Assembly (NCBI GenBank): GCA_030265395.1
Contig: JARFYF010000059.1
Span: 8,260,895-8,324,894 of the forward strand
Origin: Rhina ancylostomus
Taxonomy: Eukaryota
Direction: 5' to 3'
Length of the DNA: 64,000 nt
Under the pieces are notes generated by a model that worked only from the letters and a program-made list of their open reading frames with translations, searched no databases and was not told the DNA's origin. Below, one piece after another: positions 37,250-52,679 of the stretch (position 1 is the first letter of the stretch; each line of letters begins with the position of its first letter). A program made the translations under genes and the position numbers.

Positions 37250-40200
37250 AGATTCCTTTATTTAAAAACTAGTAATCTCAGATTTAAAAATAACAGCATA
37301 CAGAATTCCAAACTAGTAACCTTTTTACAAAGAATTGTTTTGTAAGTTCATCCTTAAAGGCTGTGCTCTATAATTTTTAGGCAATGTCTCTTGCTCCTTG
37401 AATCCCAACCAGCAGAAATAGTTTTCCTCTTTTTACTTTTTTCACAGGACAATTCCTCCGTACCTGGGATAATCCCAGTGAACCTTCTGTGAACCTCCTC
37501 CAATGAAATAATATCTTACCTTAAACAGGGGGCCAAAACTATATGCAGTACTTTAGATGTGGTATAAGTGCCTTGTACAGTTGCACTATGACTTCCCAGC
37601 TATTCTATCCTGCGTACAAAAAGGGCCAACATTCCATTAGACTTCCCCATTACCAGGTGCACTTGTCTTCCAGCTGTGTTGCATGGACAAGGCCCCCCAA
37701 ATCCCTTTGAGCTGCAGTTTTCTGAAAATTTTCTCCATTTAAATAATACTGTTCTTTTGTTCTTCCTTCCAAACTGAACAACTTAATTTTTTCCAACATT
37801 ATTTGCCAACTTTTTGCCCACTCACTTAACAATAACTTTCTGGAAGCTGTCTGTGTCCTCCTTGCCTTCCCATCTATTTTTGTATCATCTACAAACCTGG
37901 CCATCACGCATTCACTTTCTTCCTCCAAATCATTTATATATAGTAACCAGCACTGATTCCTGTGGTACTTCACTGGTCACAGGTTGCCAGCCTGAAAATA
38001 ATACTCTTATCCCTACCTGTTGCTTCCTGCCAGCCAGCCAGTCTTCTATCCATGCTAACACGATACCTCCAACGACATGCAGACTTGTAAATTAATCTTC
38101 TGAGAGGCACCTTGTCGAATCCCTTCTGGAAGCCCAAATATACAGTATCTGCCAATCCGGTCGACACTTTCTCAAAACAACACTATTAGTCAAACACAAA
38201 TTTCTGTTCATGAAGGTCTGCCAACCCTGCTCATTTAGATTTTGTTTTTCCAAATGTGCTAATAACCAATAGTGAAGAAATGCAACATCTCCGCTAATTC
38301 ATGGGAACACATGGCCCATGAACACCGATGGCCCATGCACTGGGAGCACAGAGAGGCCCCATGTAAATTACCCACTAGCCAGCTCTGTCAGCCACCTCCT
38401 ACCCCATCGGTGGAAGAGTCTACAGTTCCCACATTGGCCTCATTAGCCAGCTCAGAACTTGGTAATAGATGGAAGCAGGTCATCCTTATACCTCCATAGT
38501 TCTGTATCATTAAGAGGAAGAAGAATCAACTACAAAATATTTCCAACAACATCCATAAGGAAATTGATTGATGACTACCTGCTTTTTGCTTCCACCCCTT
38601 TTTATGAAGAGGTGTCACTCTGGCAGTTTTTGATCCTCTGGCACTTGCCCAGAATCTAAGGATTTATGGAAGGTTACAGCTAATAAATGCAATATTTTGG
38701 TAGCCACTTTTATAGGATGCAAACTATTTGAGCCTAGGGACTTATCAGCCTTTCACCTCATTAGTTTGTCTAATACTATTTTTCTAGCAATGGTGATGGT
38801 ATTTAATTCCTCACTGGCATCATTAATGGGATGCTCATAGTATCATCTACTTAGAGACTGATGCATAACATCTATTTAACATCTGTCATTTTCTCATGCG
38901 CCCTAACTACTTCCCTTTCTCTTCCTGTTTATATATATTTAAGTAAAGTCTTATTATCCATTTTTATGTTCCTTGCTAGTTTTCCCCTCAATTTATTCTA
39001 TTTTTTTTCATCTTTTCCTGGATTCTGAATTATCCCAATCTTCAGGTCAACTACCAACTTTTGCCTCCTTATATATTTTCTCTTTCAACTTAATATCCCT
39101 CTTTAACTTGCTTATTTAGTTTTCCCTCGCTCATTTAGAATCTTTCCTTGTTACTGGAATATATTTTTGCTGTGAATCATGAATTATCTCCTTAAACATC
39201 TGCTTGCCCACCGTCTTTCCTGCTAATCTGTAGGCCCTGTCCTCTTTTGTCAACTCTATCCTTGTTTCATTGTAATTACCCATTTTTAAGTTAGACAGTT
39301 GTTTTGGACACAAATTTCTTGTTCTCAATGGAATACAAAATTCTATGTTATGATCTCTACTTTCCATGAGATCTTTTACTCTGAGGTAGCTTATCAAACC
39401 TGCCTCGTTATGCATTACAGACACAGAGTTATCTGCTCCCTGGTTGGCTCCATGATATATTGCTCTAGGAAATTATCCCAAATGGATTCTCTGAACTGGT
39501 TTTCATAGCTACCCTTCCCACCTTGATTAATCCCATCCACATGAAGATTGAAGTTTCCCATAATTGTACAGCTCTATCCACGTGCCCCCATTATTTGTTT
39601 GTCCAACAGTGTGGCTACTATTTGAGAACTTAGACACTTTACCTACCAGTGCCTTCTTTCCCTTGTTGTTTTCACCCCCATCCAAATGGACTCAACATTT
39701 TCTGACCTTAGCTTCTCTCATAACTGTACTTATTTCATCTCCTATTAACTGCTATTCCACATCTCTTCCTTCCTGTATGATTTTTCAAATATCCCCTAAT
39801 ATTAAGTTCCCAGCTTTGAACCCCTTGCAACCATGTCTCCGCAGTGGCTATCAGATAATACCGTTTGTATCTTTATCTTATTATGAATGATTTTTGTATT
39901 AAGCTACAAAGGTTACAGGTTAGCCTTTATCATTTTTATTGTAGTTCATTTTGTCTCTCACCCTTAATTTTCCTGTTTTATGCTTTTGCGTTAAGCTATT
40001 CTTTTTCCCTCCCTAATCATCCTGCTAAGGTTCCCAACCCCCAACATTCCAGTTTAAAGCCTCCCCAACAGCATTAGCAACAATCCCCTGCTAGGACATT
40101 AGTCCCTGTCCTGCCTGGGTGTAAGCGGTCCTATTTGTACAGGTCTCACTTTTCCCAGAACTGATTCCAGTGTCCCAGAAGTCTAAATCTCCCCACCTGC

Positions 40201-40700
40201 ACCATCTCTCCAGCTATGTGGTCATCTGGTCTGTTATCCTGGTTCTATACTCATTAGCATGTGACACTGGCACTAAGCCTGACATAACGATCTTTAAGCT
40301 TTCTAATTTATCTCCTAAGTCAAATTTATCTTGTTGTTCATTTATCCCTCATCGTACTTATGTTGTTGGCACCATTATGTAGCCGTTTTGCAAGATCCTT
40401 GTTCCTAGGACAAGAAAGCAACATGGAGTCATGTCTGTGGCTATAGAGAAGCTTCTTTACTCCCCTTACAATGGTATTGCTCATCTCAATAACTCTGCTC
40501 TTTTATTCCTCCCCTCCTATGCAGCAGAGCTACTTGGAGTGCCACATATCTTGTTGCATTCTCTTGAGAAGCCATCTCCCCAACAGCATCCAAAACAATA
40601 TTTGTTTCAGAGGGGATGCCCACTGGGAATGTTTTTGCTTTACTTGCCTTAATCCACTCTGCCTGGTGTTAGTCCTCGAGAAGTTTGTTTAGTGGTAGCA
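37250..40700 (-). mobile_element. Long degenerate CR1/HER1-type LINE (ORF1 esterase remnant plus ORF2 RT)
   Basis: RT motifs YINDLEEESECVMARFVDDTKI (37650-37973) and VYLGFQKGFDKVP (37970-38167); endonuclease-region SRDHNIEF (39131-39424); ORF1-like HWNQFW..DLY..DRLH at about 40110-40190. Confidence 0.8.
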
Positions 40701-43700
40701 TAGCTTCTATTTCCTTAGATACAAGGGCCAAAATTCCATTTGCCATTTTGGTCATTTCAAAAGATCCTTGTGTGTGGACTCCCAAATCTGTGGAGATCCA
40801 CTGCATCTAGAACTTCCACCATCCAGGAAGCACTCCATTCTAATCTTTTGGTCCATTATCAATGACTCTAATTTGCATACAAGAAAAGGAATTTGCCTCA
40901 GTTTTGCTCATTTGCTCTATTTATTAGTATGCCTTTATAATTCACAGTTTCCATATATTTCCAAACCTGGATACATGGATCTCTAACATCTAAAATACTT
41001 ATAGGTATGGTGAATGATTGCACACAAATTATTGCACAGTACAACTAGAAACATCTTGCCAGTTTGTGTNNNNNNNNNNNNNCTATACTCCATCTCCTAC
41101 TGTTCGCCAGTTTTCTAACCTGGTCAATAATTGGCATTCAGTTCTATGAGCTTCAGCTTTAGCTAACAGTCTCGAGGGATTTGACTACATGGATTCTGGA
41201 AATCCATATCATTATTTTTAGCACCCTGTCCACTACTTCAGTCACCACTTCTAAGTAATTCTTCAGATTCATCAGACATGACCTACTCTTCATAAATCCT
41301 TTCTTCAGGAAACTGAACATTTTCAGGGCATACAGTCACGCTGTCTTGAACTGTAGATTTATAGTCATCCCTGACAGATGTTATACTAACTAGATTCCCT
41401 GTGACACCATTTTTTTAAAAAATAGTGCACCTACACAAGTAATTTTCCAACTTAATGGCCTGGTTCCTGAATTGAGAGAACTTCCATTATCTGCAGCAAA
41501 CAGCTTCTATTATCCATGTAATCCATTCTTATTTGGCTCGAAGTCAGAGATGTTATCTTAAATCGGTATACAAATTAATGTGTCTTTGTACTGAAAAACA
41601 CAAGCATGGAAATGCCTGCTTTCACAAGGGCTTGATTAAAATAGCCAAAATAAATGGATTTAAGAATAATCTGTAATTTTATTCCAAAAGTTTGAGGTAA
41701 ATATGCACTTGATTACAGGGTTTTGTATTCAGAATTCTTTCTTAAAAATAAAAAAGTAGTGGGCTTCATCTGCAGTATGATCGAACCAGATACGACTTTT
41801 ATATCCACAGTTGGCCCACTGTGCCTTATGGCTCTTTTAAAGAACTGCACAATGAATCTCATCTTTTTTTTTGCCATGATCTTATTACATTTTCACCTCT
41901 CAACAGGAGCTTGTGTACACAGTTTAACACTACTCTTGAAACTACTTCCTGCACTTTTTCAGGTAATGCATTCCAGATCATAACACTGTGTATCGTCTCA
42001 AAATGTCTTATCCTTTTGTCAATAACATTTTGTTGGTGACCTTTGGTTATTGATCCTGCTGTTAAAGGTGCTAAGTTGTAAGCAATCTATCAAAGCTCTT
42101 CACTTTTCTATTAAATGCCTCCCTTTGCCTTCTCCACTGTCCTGGGAATGATCCCAATTTCTTCATCCTCTCAAAGTCCTTCAGTCCTGGTAGAATCCTT
42201 GTTAGTTTCAACAGCACTTTTTTTCCAGCCTTGATATCTTTTGTAAAGAGCAGTGCCCTAAATCAATCTAGCTGGGATCTAATCAGTGTAAGTTCCTTGA
42301 TCTAGGTTCAGTGCTTTTATAAAGCCAAGAGCTTGGCTGACTTTTTAAAAAAATAATCAGCTTTCTCAAACCTGCCATGCTGCTTTCAAGGATCTGTGTA
42401 TCAATGTCTAAACCTCTTTCTTTCTGCACCCCTTTAAAATTGCACCACTCATCCATGTTACTAAAACTAATTACTTTGCAACATTAAATTTATATGTTAC
42501 ATGTCTGCCTCTTTCACCAACCCAACACCTCCTGAAATCTATTACTATCCACCTTTAGCATCTTTGCAGAATCCTGGGAAATAAAGCACTATTTCTGTAG
42601 CCACCTCCTTTTGGACTGAGGATGAGGTTAGAGGATATAGGGAATATGATAGCTCTTTGCCTCATTAGCTTATCTTGGGCTGTCACTAAAGTGATAGTGT
42701 TTCAGGTTCCTCATTCTGTATCACCCCTTAGTTATCCACCATTTTTAGTATGCCTTTCATGTTTTCTGTTGTAAGAGCAGATACCAAATATTTGTTTAAG
42801 ATCTCTGCCATTTCTTTGTTCCCTATTGTTAATTTCTCTGCCTTGGTTTCTAAGGGACCATCATTTACTTTTGAGTTTCCAAAAGGAAGAGAGAAGCAAT
42901 GATTTAAAAATATACATTTCTTGCCATCCTTTGCTGGCTTCTAAAATTCTCCCAAATTTACAGGACTATATTACTCTGTCATTTTATAAACCTTTTCTTT
43001 CAATCTAATATCATAATTAACCAANNNNNNNNNNNNNNNNNNNNNNNNNNNNNNNNNNNNNNNNNNNNNNNNNNNNNNNNNNNNNNNNNNNNNNNNNNNN
43101 NNNNNNNNNNNNNNNNNNNNNNNNNNNNNNNNNNNCTTCACCCAGACTGATTCAACCTACCGACCTTGAGCCAAGGTTCGTTCTCGCTACAGTCTGAATG
43201 TCATATTGTTAGAACTACCTACCGTCCCTTTTCAATGCTGTCAAGAAATGCCAAGGACCTCAGTTCCCAGGGTCTGTTATCTTGCAGCCATATTTCTCTA
43301 ATGGCTATTAGATCAAACCCAATTACCTCTAATTGTGCTACCCATTAATCATTGGCCATTTAGTATTTTATGGATCAACTTTCAGCTTAGTGCTGTCTGT
43401 GATGTTTCAGTCCAGCAACAATACCCAAGCATTACAAAGGAAAGCATCATATATTTTAAAACTATCTAGAGCTGACATGAAGTATACTTGACATGTCCCC
43501 TACAATGTCACATGCTTATGACTGAAGATGACAAGCTTGCCTTCTTCCTGGTTGAGAGAGAATGATTCAATAAATCTCTAATCTACTTTGTTACAGACTA
43601 TGGAGCTAGGGTTCACATTTTATTAACATGTAAGACTTTGTTATTGTATTAATTTTTTGATTTCTCTTTAAGATTGCTTGGAAAAAGTTAGTCAAAGCCT

Positions 43701-46700
43701 AACAATAATAACTGAACACAGTTAAATAGCTTGATAAAGTTCCATGATTTTGTATAAAATGTTAAAGGTCCAATATATACCTAAAAGAGAACCATAGCTA
43801 GTTGGTCTTTATTAATTACTTCACAAACTTCCAAAACGTCTGATGGGTTGACCTGGAAGATCACTGATACTTAGAAAACTTGCTGATAACTTACCTGTTT
43901 AAAAAAAACACAATTGCACTCTACAACTGGAAAGCTGTCTCAAAAACAGAATCCTTAAAAAAAGCCCTGAAGCAGCAGCTCTAAAGTAAGCCTTTAATGC
44001 CAATTTGCTTCACTCAAGGAGTTTCAATTACTGCATTTTATGAAGACACTTCACTGAGTTGTTTGCAAGTTGTGAAAGACAATCCACCATTGTGACTGTT
44101 CCTACAAGCAGATGAATCTCTAACCTGTGGAATTCTCTTCCAGAACCCCTCTGCTCGACTTCCTTAAAATCCGTCACTTTGATAGTCAAAATATCACCTT
44201 TCTGGCTTTCAAATTTTGTCTCATGATGTTCCTGTTGAAAGCATCTTAGAATATTTACTTTAAGAATGTATTGCAAACGAAATATGTTGTTCTCAAAGCA
44301 CCTTTAACTTACCTTTTCAAACTGAATGGAGATATGAGCACTTCACCTTAAAGCAAAGCTGCTATCATTCAAAACTGATGAACAAAATAAAAATCGGGAC
44401 AATGAGTGGTTGCCATTTATCACTGCTGAAGAGCAATTTCTTCACTGAATTTTTAGAATGCTTAGCCATTGATTAGTGATCAAGTTTATTCAAGGGCAAG
44501 ATTCTTACACAAAGGAAATCAAGGAGTTTGGGGATAGGGCAGGAAAGGGGAGGTTGAGGATCAGCCATCATTTTATAGAATGGAGAGGGTGTGAGAAGAC
44601 ACTGGCAGCTTCTGCTATTTCTTATGAATCTCATCTATAACCATCAAATTAGATGGCAAAAGGTCCACTTTCTCTTCTCAATCTGGATCCACAAGGTCTT
44701 CATCTCTCCATTACGATGAAGTAATGTGTCAGTGCTTTTATCTGCAAGAACTATCAGCTTANNNNNNNNNNNNNNNNNNNNNNNNNNNNNNNNNNNNNNN
44801 NNNNNNNNNNNNNNNNNNNNNNNNNNNNNNNNNNNNNNNNNNNNNNNNNNNNNNNNNNNNNTCAGCTTACATTTGCATTGGTGGTCTTCAAGCGAACAGG
44901 TCAAAGTCATCTGATGTCAACTCTAGAGACGGTCACACTACAGCATGTCTTATACCGAATCACCCCTAAGTATAAATATTATCAACAATGTGCATATTCT
45001 TAGGACCTCCAGCATAAAAACATGTCTTAAGGATTTTCACAAAAAAAACCCTTATGAAATTCTGTACTGATTGGAGAGAAATTATTAGGTAAGAAACAAA
45101 AGATGGAGATTCAGAGAGGGGAAGCCCAAGAAGTTTAGCCTGGAAAGAGGGAAGGAAATGGCAGATATAGTGACAAAGAATTCATGAGCTGTTTGTATTT
45201 CTTGGTGTTGAAAAGAGAAAGTTTTGATAATACTGTTTCTTCTGAACAGAGGTGAAACCAAGAGTTACCATTCCATGATGATACTGGAATAGTTTTGGCA
45301 ATTGAATGCAGGACCTTGTGGTGCTGTTACAACCAGGTCAAACTAGGTGATTAATGGTTAAACTAATTTTCCTTTACAAGCATTCAAGTTTGCAAGCTTT
45401 GGATTTAAGGCAATGTACTGTAAATGGAGAGCATTCCTGAGCTAAAGGCAATGGTGAAAGTGACGGTTTTGTTGGAGACAAGAACTCAAGAAAATAGGAG
45501 CAGGAGCAGGCCTCTCAAGCCTGCCCCACTATTCAGTACGTCATATCTGATCTGCTCCAGGCTTCATCTCTTTCATGCCAGTTCTCTATACCAGTTCTCT
45601 TTCAAAATTTTATCTCCCCTTTAAATATCTCTGGTGATCCAACGTCCACAACCGTCTGGGGCAGAGAACTCCAGAGATTCACCATCCAAAAGATATGATT
45701 CTGCAGACTGATAGTTAGAAAAAAAGTCACCACAAATAGAGGTACAAGGTCTAGATAACTGTGCAAATGACTTCAGAGGCTCTCTGGGGTGAACACAAAG
45801 AAATTGTACTGGGAAGAGAATAAATTTGAATGCAATAGCATACAAATGTCCAGAGATGGTCTTACCTGTGATTGATAGAGGGCAGAAAAAACAACGAACA
45901 TGGTGAATTTGAGGGATTGGCCATGAACACCAGTAGTTGGGTGAACGTGAAGGGAAAGGTTATGGAGGATAGAAGATCAGTGACTCCGAGGAAAGTGGGG
46001 AAGATGACTTAAAATAGAGTTTTCACCAAGGGTGAAAAGTTGGGAAGCTGATAGAATGGAAATATCAGATGAAAAACACGGCCTTGTGTGAAACCAGAGA
46101 AAAAGGATTTTAAAACCAAGATACCCAAAGCAAGTAAACATCCCAGAAAAACAAGGGGGCTGTTGTGATTATGGGTGTGATTTAGGATACTGGCTGCATT
46201 ACCATCAAGGTGGCCTGGATGGAGCAAGTAGTGGAAGATATAGCCAGATGGAAAAACTGCTTCAAGACAAAAAATGTTAACTAAGTTTCCTTAAAGAATA
46301 TGATATTGATGCAATCATCTATGATAAGTTCACAGACAGCAAGGGCCTTGTTCACAACAGAGCAGGCATTCTGGATGAAGATGCAAAGGGGAGTGTAATA
46401 GTTGATGTGCTGGCATCCAAAGGGTAGGAGGCATCATGTCTCTAGCTTTTGGTGACAAATAAAATTCAAAGTTCCTTTATGAAACATTACAGAGAAACGT
46501 TGGTCTCAGTGGTTTCTAAACTGATCCCTTGATTTGGATAACTAATGACATGAAAGTGGAGAGCCTTGGGAAAAAATGAAAATCATTAAACACAAGCCAT
46601 TAAAATGTACTTTCATACTAGTATTTGTTAACTTCCACTATCTCAGTAATTTATCACTTTTAAACTCTAATACACTACAATTTTGAAATCTTACTCTCAA

Positions 46701-46899
46701 TGGTCCAGCTTCATTCAATGCACAGGCAGAAATTCCACGCAAGTGTGTGTCTGGAAAATGGAGGGTTGCAAATATTTCCTCCTGCAGAGGTAAGTGAGGT
46801 AACTACTGACTGGTTATGCAGGTAGAATAAAAATTGGTTAACAAAAAACTGGCATTGAGGTACTAAAGTCTGACCAACATGATTGAGCTGCTCAATGAA

Positions 46900-47700
46900 G
46901 TAATGTGATTTATAATATAATGTTTTTTGAATGGATTCTCAAAATTCATTTGATAACAAGTCATGTAATGGATTGATCAACAGAACTGAAACCCAGGATT
47001 CAAGGAGCAGTGATACCAGAGATAAGAATTTGCCTAAGAGGCAGAGCATAATGAGAAGAGAGAAATAGTTTATTGGACAGGATTGACATATATAATATTG
47101 GGACCACCATACTTGTTGATATATATTTATGACATTGATGTGGGTAATCAGGGCATCAAAGTTTGTAAATGACAAAATAACAAAATTTTGATTGTGGGAA
47201 GAGTGGAGATTTCAGGACAATGGGCAGGACTGGCAAGTTGAGCAGGCACCTGTCAGTACACATTTAATATAGAGAAACATGAAGCGATACACTTTCAAAG
47301 GAAGAGCACAAAGCAAGGAAAAGTAAATGGTGCAACTTCAAAAGGGGTATAGGAATAAAGAATTGGTGTTCATGCAGATTTTATACCGCCAGAATTCATA
47401 AATAACTTTTTCCATTTATATCTTTTGTTTGCCAAAATATTATAAAATCATTCATTGGACCTCAGAAGTACATCATCATCAGGTTTGTGTACCAGATTTA
47501 TCGAAAGGCATTTGGAATGAAAGACTTCATTTATGCATGTTATACTCCTTGGGGAATAAAAGATTTAATCTAGAATAAGGAAAGGTTTGTTGAGTTAATT
47601 GGGAGCGATTGTCCACACTGATTAATTTTAGTAACTAGAGTGCACAGATCTAACATAATTGACAATAGAACCTGGAAATAATATTTAAAAATACAGCAAA
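46900..47700 (+). mobile_element. Highly degenerate CR1-type RT fragment
   Basis: ttgggaccacc...atatatttatgac...aagtttgtaaatgaca resembles LGP..F.IYINDL...KFADDT; many stops. Confidence 0.5.
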
Positions 47701-48149
47701 TTGTTATTTCTAATACATTGTCTGAAAGGGTGGTGGAGGAAATTGTCAATACATTTTACTTCATTTAAATTTTTTATGGTGTTAATTACTTTATACAAGT
47801 TGAATGTGTTTTAAGATAAATCATCATTTAATTGTGACAATTTTATTCTTTAAAAAACTCAGTATACTTCCACATTAAAACAACAACAGCTGTCAGAAGG
47901 CACTCACAGCCTGCTCTGCCACGTGGAACAGCTGTGGCATGAGACTTTGAGGTCATTATGAGCTGCAGGGCTGCAGCAGGTGAATGCAAGGCACAGGTTT
48001 CTAAAATAATTTGGCCCAACAATCATTATATTTGTCAACAGAAAACAGGATTGAAATGCAGAATGCATCTTCCACGTATTTGTTTCTAAACTGTTTTTGA
48101 AAATAAAGTTGTTATTGTTATAAATGCAGTTTGAATTTATATAAGAGTA

Positions 48150-49900
48150 CATTAAAGTGACTACATTACAAAAGGCTATTTGGCCCACTGTGTCCATGCC
48201 AGTGGAGAAAGAACTGCTCAGCCTAGTTCCACATTCAAATGCATAATGATTAGTCATGCAAATCACTGCTCTTCAAGTACCCATCCAAGTGCTTCTTAAA
48301 TGTGGGAAGCACTTTCCCTACCAAAGACTCCAGACTCCCAGCATTGGCTGGGTTAATTCCCTTCCCCAAATCACACCTCTAATCCTTCTACCAATTATTT
48401 TAAACTTTGACCCTTGGCTTTTGACCTTCCTGCAAAGGGAAATAGGCCCTCCTTACTCTGAGGCCCCCTGTAATCTTAGCACCTCAATTAAATCTCTCCT
48501 ACGCCTCCTGTCTTCCAAAAAAAATTTGAGCCCATCTAATTTTTGCTCATGGCCAAAATATTCCAGTGCTGACAAAAAAGCCTCAAATCTGCTCTCATGC
48601 AACCACATCCTCCTTTTCATGTGGTCAAGGTTGTCTAATAGCATTGAATACTAGTTGTAGCAAATCCTCTCTGCTCTTGTATTTTCTGCCTCAGCTATTA
48701 GAAAGGTAATCATCCCATGTGCCTTTTTAACTAGTTTCTTGACTTCTGCTACCACTAAAGATCTGTGGACATACACTCCAAGGCCCCCTCATCTCTCCGC
48801 ACCCATCAGTGTCCCCACCCCATTTATATATTTTCTTGCATCTCCCCAAATGCTTTATCTCACACTTCTCTGGATTGAAATCGATTTGCCATTATTCTGC
48901 CCCACTGATCAGATCAACTAAATTTTCTGGAGTTAAAATTCTTACATAATTTGGAAACTTATCATGCCCCTTACATTTATCTAGAACATTAGTAGTCTCC
49001 AAAAATTGAAGGTTGAACAACTGAGCCCTGTGGAATCACATGGTTAACAGCCTTTCAGTTACAAAATACCCATCAACCTCGAGTTTCTGCCATCAAACCA
49101 TTAGCGGTTCTAATTTGGCTCTACATCCAAGGGGGGAGTGTCAAGAGTTATGCAGCAGAGAAACAGGCCCTTCAGCCCAACTTGTCCATGCTGACCAAGG
49201 TGCCCACCACAGCTGGTCCCATTTGCCCATGTATGGCCCCTAGCGCTCTAAACTTTTCCCAGCCATGTACCTGTCCAAATGTCTTTTAAACATGTAATTT
49301 AACCTGTTTCTACCACTTCCTCGGGCAGTTCGTTCCCTATACCTACCATCCTGTATGGAAAACGTGCTCCTCCAGGACCCTTTAAATCTGTCCCCTCTCA
49401 CTTTAAATCTCTGCCCTCTAGTTTTAGACTCCCCTCCCCTTTAGAAAGACTATCTACCCCATTTATGCCCTTCATGGTCTTACAAACCTCTAAAGTCACC
49501 CCTCAGCTTCCTTCACTCCAAGGAAAATAGCCCCAGCCTATCCAGCCTCTCCTTTTAACTCAAGCCCTCCAATCCCAGTAACACCCTTGTGAATCTTTTC
49601 TGCACCCTCTCTAGCTGAATCACACTCTTCCTGTAGCATGATGGCCAGAACTGCGCACAATATTCCAGGTGCGGTTTCACCAATGTTCTATATGGCTGCA
49701 ACATTCCTTTGCCCACTTTCATGATATCGTGGGCTGTTATTTCTTTGATTGGCTGATCATGCAGGACCTTGTTAAAAGCTTTGCTGAAATCCATGTCGAC
49801 CCCAAACACACCATCGTCATTGACTCATTACCTTCTCAAAAAAATCTATCGTTAGTCACAAGCTTCCCTTAACAAATCTGTCCTGCCACTGATTAATCTG
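48150..49900 (-). mobile_element. CR1/HER1-type LINE 3' fragments, with a younger copy nested at about 49140-49705
   Basis: ORF 49555-49809 has DFSKAFNKV and YRTLVKPHLEYCAQFW...LERVQKRFTR; 3' tails aggcccttcagccca. Confidence 0.8.
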
Positions 49901-52547
49901 TGCCTTTCTANNNNNNNNNNNNNNNNNNNNNNNNNNTGATTGTAATTATTTGCTTACCACTGCAGTTAAACTAACCGGCCCACAATTACTCAGTTTCTTC
50001 CTTCCTCCATTTTTTTTTTGTTAGCAACATTAATCCTCTGGTACAACTGTAGTGGCCAGGAAGGACTGAGAAAAGATTGTATGCATTTACTAGTTTTGTG
50101 TTCAAGGATTTACAACCTGAGCTAGCCCAACAGAATGTATATTCTCCCATTTATAAAATGATCTTATGGTGGAAAAGCAAGAACCATTGCTCTCATCACA
50201 TAGAAAGTAGAAATCAAGCAATGAAAAACACATTTTGGTTTGTAAATCTGTGGTCAATTACTGTATTGTTTCATAACTTCTCCATCCCCACACTTAAATG
50301 CCACTCCAAAAACGCTTCATATTCACCTCATCTTTTCAAATTCTCCTCAAAATATTTGGCTTGTTTGATTCCTCTTGCAAGTTCTCCAGTGATTTTTCTT
50401 CATTACAAGCACGTGTATGGTTTTTGTAATTTACAAGAGAAATAAGTCCTTGAAGGGTTCAAAATGTTATGTTCGTCCAGAAGAATGCATTCCATTTTCT
50501 TTTAAAAATAATAAATTACATATCAGACTGAAACACATCCAATGATATTCATGGCTATATAAATTACAAGACACTAACCAGTGATGGTATTGCATCCTGT
50601 GATGTACGGTATCATTTGGAATCAACAAATCGATACCATTGTCTACTTTTTCATCAATAACCCAACAGTGAAGGGAAAGACTTAAGGATGATCCAAATTA
50701 CTTCCACATAAATAGGACGATTTACCAAATCATTTGTACAACTGCTGACAATCTTGGTGTCACATAAGCAAAGTTAATTTCTGATTGCGTATTCATTCAG
50801 TCATTAAGACTGCTCACATATCACTTTGTCAGATTTGCCCCTGCTCCAGCTGATCTGCATCCCAAGACCCTCATCCATGCCAGTTCCCATCAGACGTGAC
50901 AATTCCTTCAGTGTGACTACCTTGTTTTCATCCTCTGCCAAATTTGAGTTCATTCAAAATTCTGCTGTCCCATCACATTCCCACACCCATAGCCTTTCCA
51001 CCATCGATATAGCTCTAGTAGGAGTGCAATGGAATACTCTCCACGTGTCTGGATGACGACAGATCTAACACTTGGGAAGCTCAATGACAAACCAGCTCCT
51101 TTGATTAGCACCTGATCCACCATCTGAATTATTCATTCGCTCCATCATTGAGACACTATGGTTGCAAGCTGTACTATCTGCATACTGCACCAGTTCCTCA
51201 TCTAGGCTACTCCAACAGCACCACCACCTGATTTCCCCCCAGGTTACACACCATCATAATGAAATTCCTTCACTGTCACTGGGCTTTAAATCCTAGAACT
51301 CCTCACCCCACAGGATTGTTAAAGTACCATCAGCAGAAGGGCTGCAGCGGTCCAAAGTGGCGACTCCCTTACCATCTCCTCACATCCTGTAAATTAAGAA
51401 AAAAGTTTTGAAGTGTTTCAATGTATTTGAAATACCCCAAGGACATGAAAAGTAATAAATCAATTCAAATTCATTATCTAAATACTTTGAAAATATGTGC
51501 CAGTATTCATTTCACTTTATTAATACACTGTCATTATCTCAATTTGCCAGACAAAAGACTGCTCCCTTATAAATTCAGTTCGGCCTTTAATCTAATTTTC
51601 TAGGTAGCAAATTTATTTTGTATTTTATCCATTATCAAAATTTCTTTTTATGATTACATTATTTTAAAATGTATTTTCAAACACTTCCTTTGGTTTGCAA
51701 GTATCCCAGAACAACATGTGGTACAAAATCTGATAGCCAAGACATCACAGTAGAGAATAAAAACTCAGACTTTAAGAAGGTTCCTCAAAGTGTCGTGCAA
51801 ATCACATCTTCCAAGAGAAAATGAGTTAAGTTTGTGAACCCGTTTGCCACCCAGTGACCGCTGCAGGAATTGCAAGAGGTCTCACGATAGAACAAGAGAT
51901 AGATGACTCTTGATTTTTCTGACTTAAATCTCATTGGTTATAACTGTTTGAATGTGTTTAGGTTTTAAAAATGTTGATGCTTGTGTTCATGTACTCTAAA
52001 ATCTCAGTGTCAGGAAAAATATATCTTTAATCAAAAAATGGAGAATTAAATGTCAAGTTGGGCGCAGAAAGAGGGGTCAAAGGGGAAAAAAAAGATAAAT
52101 TTATACCTAACAATTCACAACTAGAAGGAATGAGATTCCATTCTTATAACTGTACACTTTCGAGCGAACAGAGGTGGACATTAACAAATATCACATTGTT
52201 TAGACAAGGACACATCCTGTAACTGAACTTGATGATCAGTTTTAATGGACAGCAATACAAACACAATCTTCATGAAAATCACATCAAGGAGAGATGCTAC
52301 ATTCACAAAAATAACACCAGAGTGACTCAAAATGGCCATAAATTTGAGGAAATTTACTGAGCTTTCCTTCTTCACTTTAAACTACCCTGTTGATAATGCG
52401 CACCAATAACAGCGTGTGTCGTTCAGATGCCCATAGCTTTCAAGCAANNNNNNNNNNNNNNNNNNNNNNNNNNNNNNNNNNNNNNNNNNNNNNNNNNNNN
52501 NNNNNNNNNNNNNNNNNNNNNNNNNNNNNNNNNNNNNNNNNNNNNNN

Positions 52548-52635
52548 GCGGGCTGCCCCCAGAACACTCTATGCAAAAAGATGCATTTCACTGTGTGTTT
52601 CGATGTACATGTGACTAATAAAGATCTTATTTTAT
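52548..52635 (+). mobile_element. 3' end of the V-SINE family seen at 28575-28869 (5' part lost in N-gap)
   Basis: gctgcccccagaacactctatgcaaaaagatgcatttcactgtgtgtttcgatgtacatgtgactaataaag matches the reverse complement of 28585-28660. Confidence 0.8.
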
Positions 52636-52679
52636 CTCATCCAAGAAAAGAGTAAAAATGCTCGAATCTTGTGTAATAA

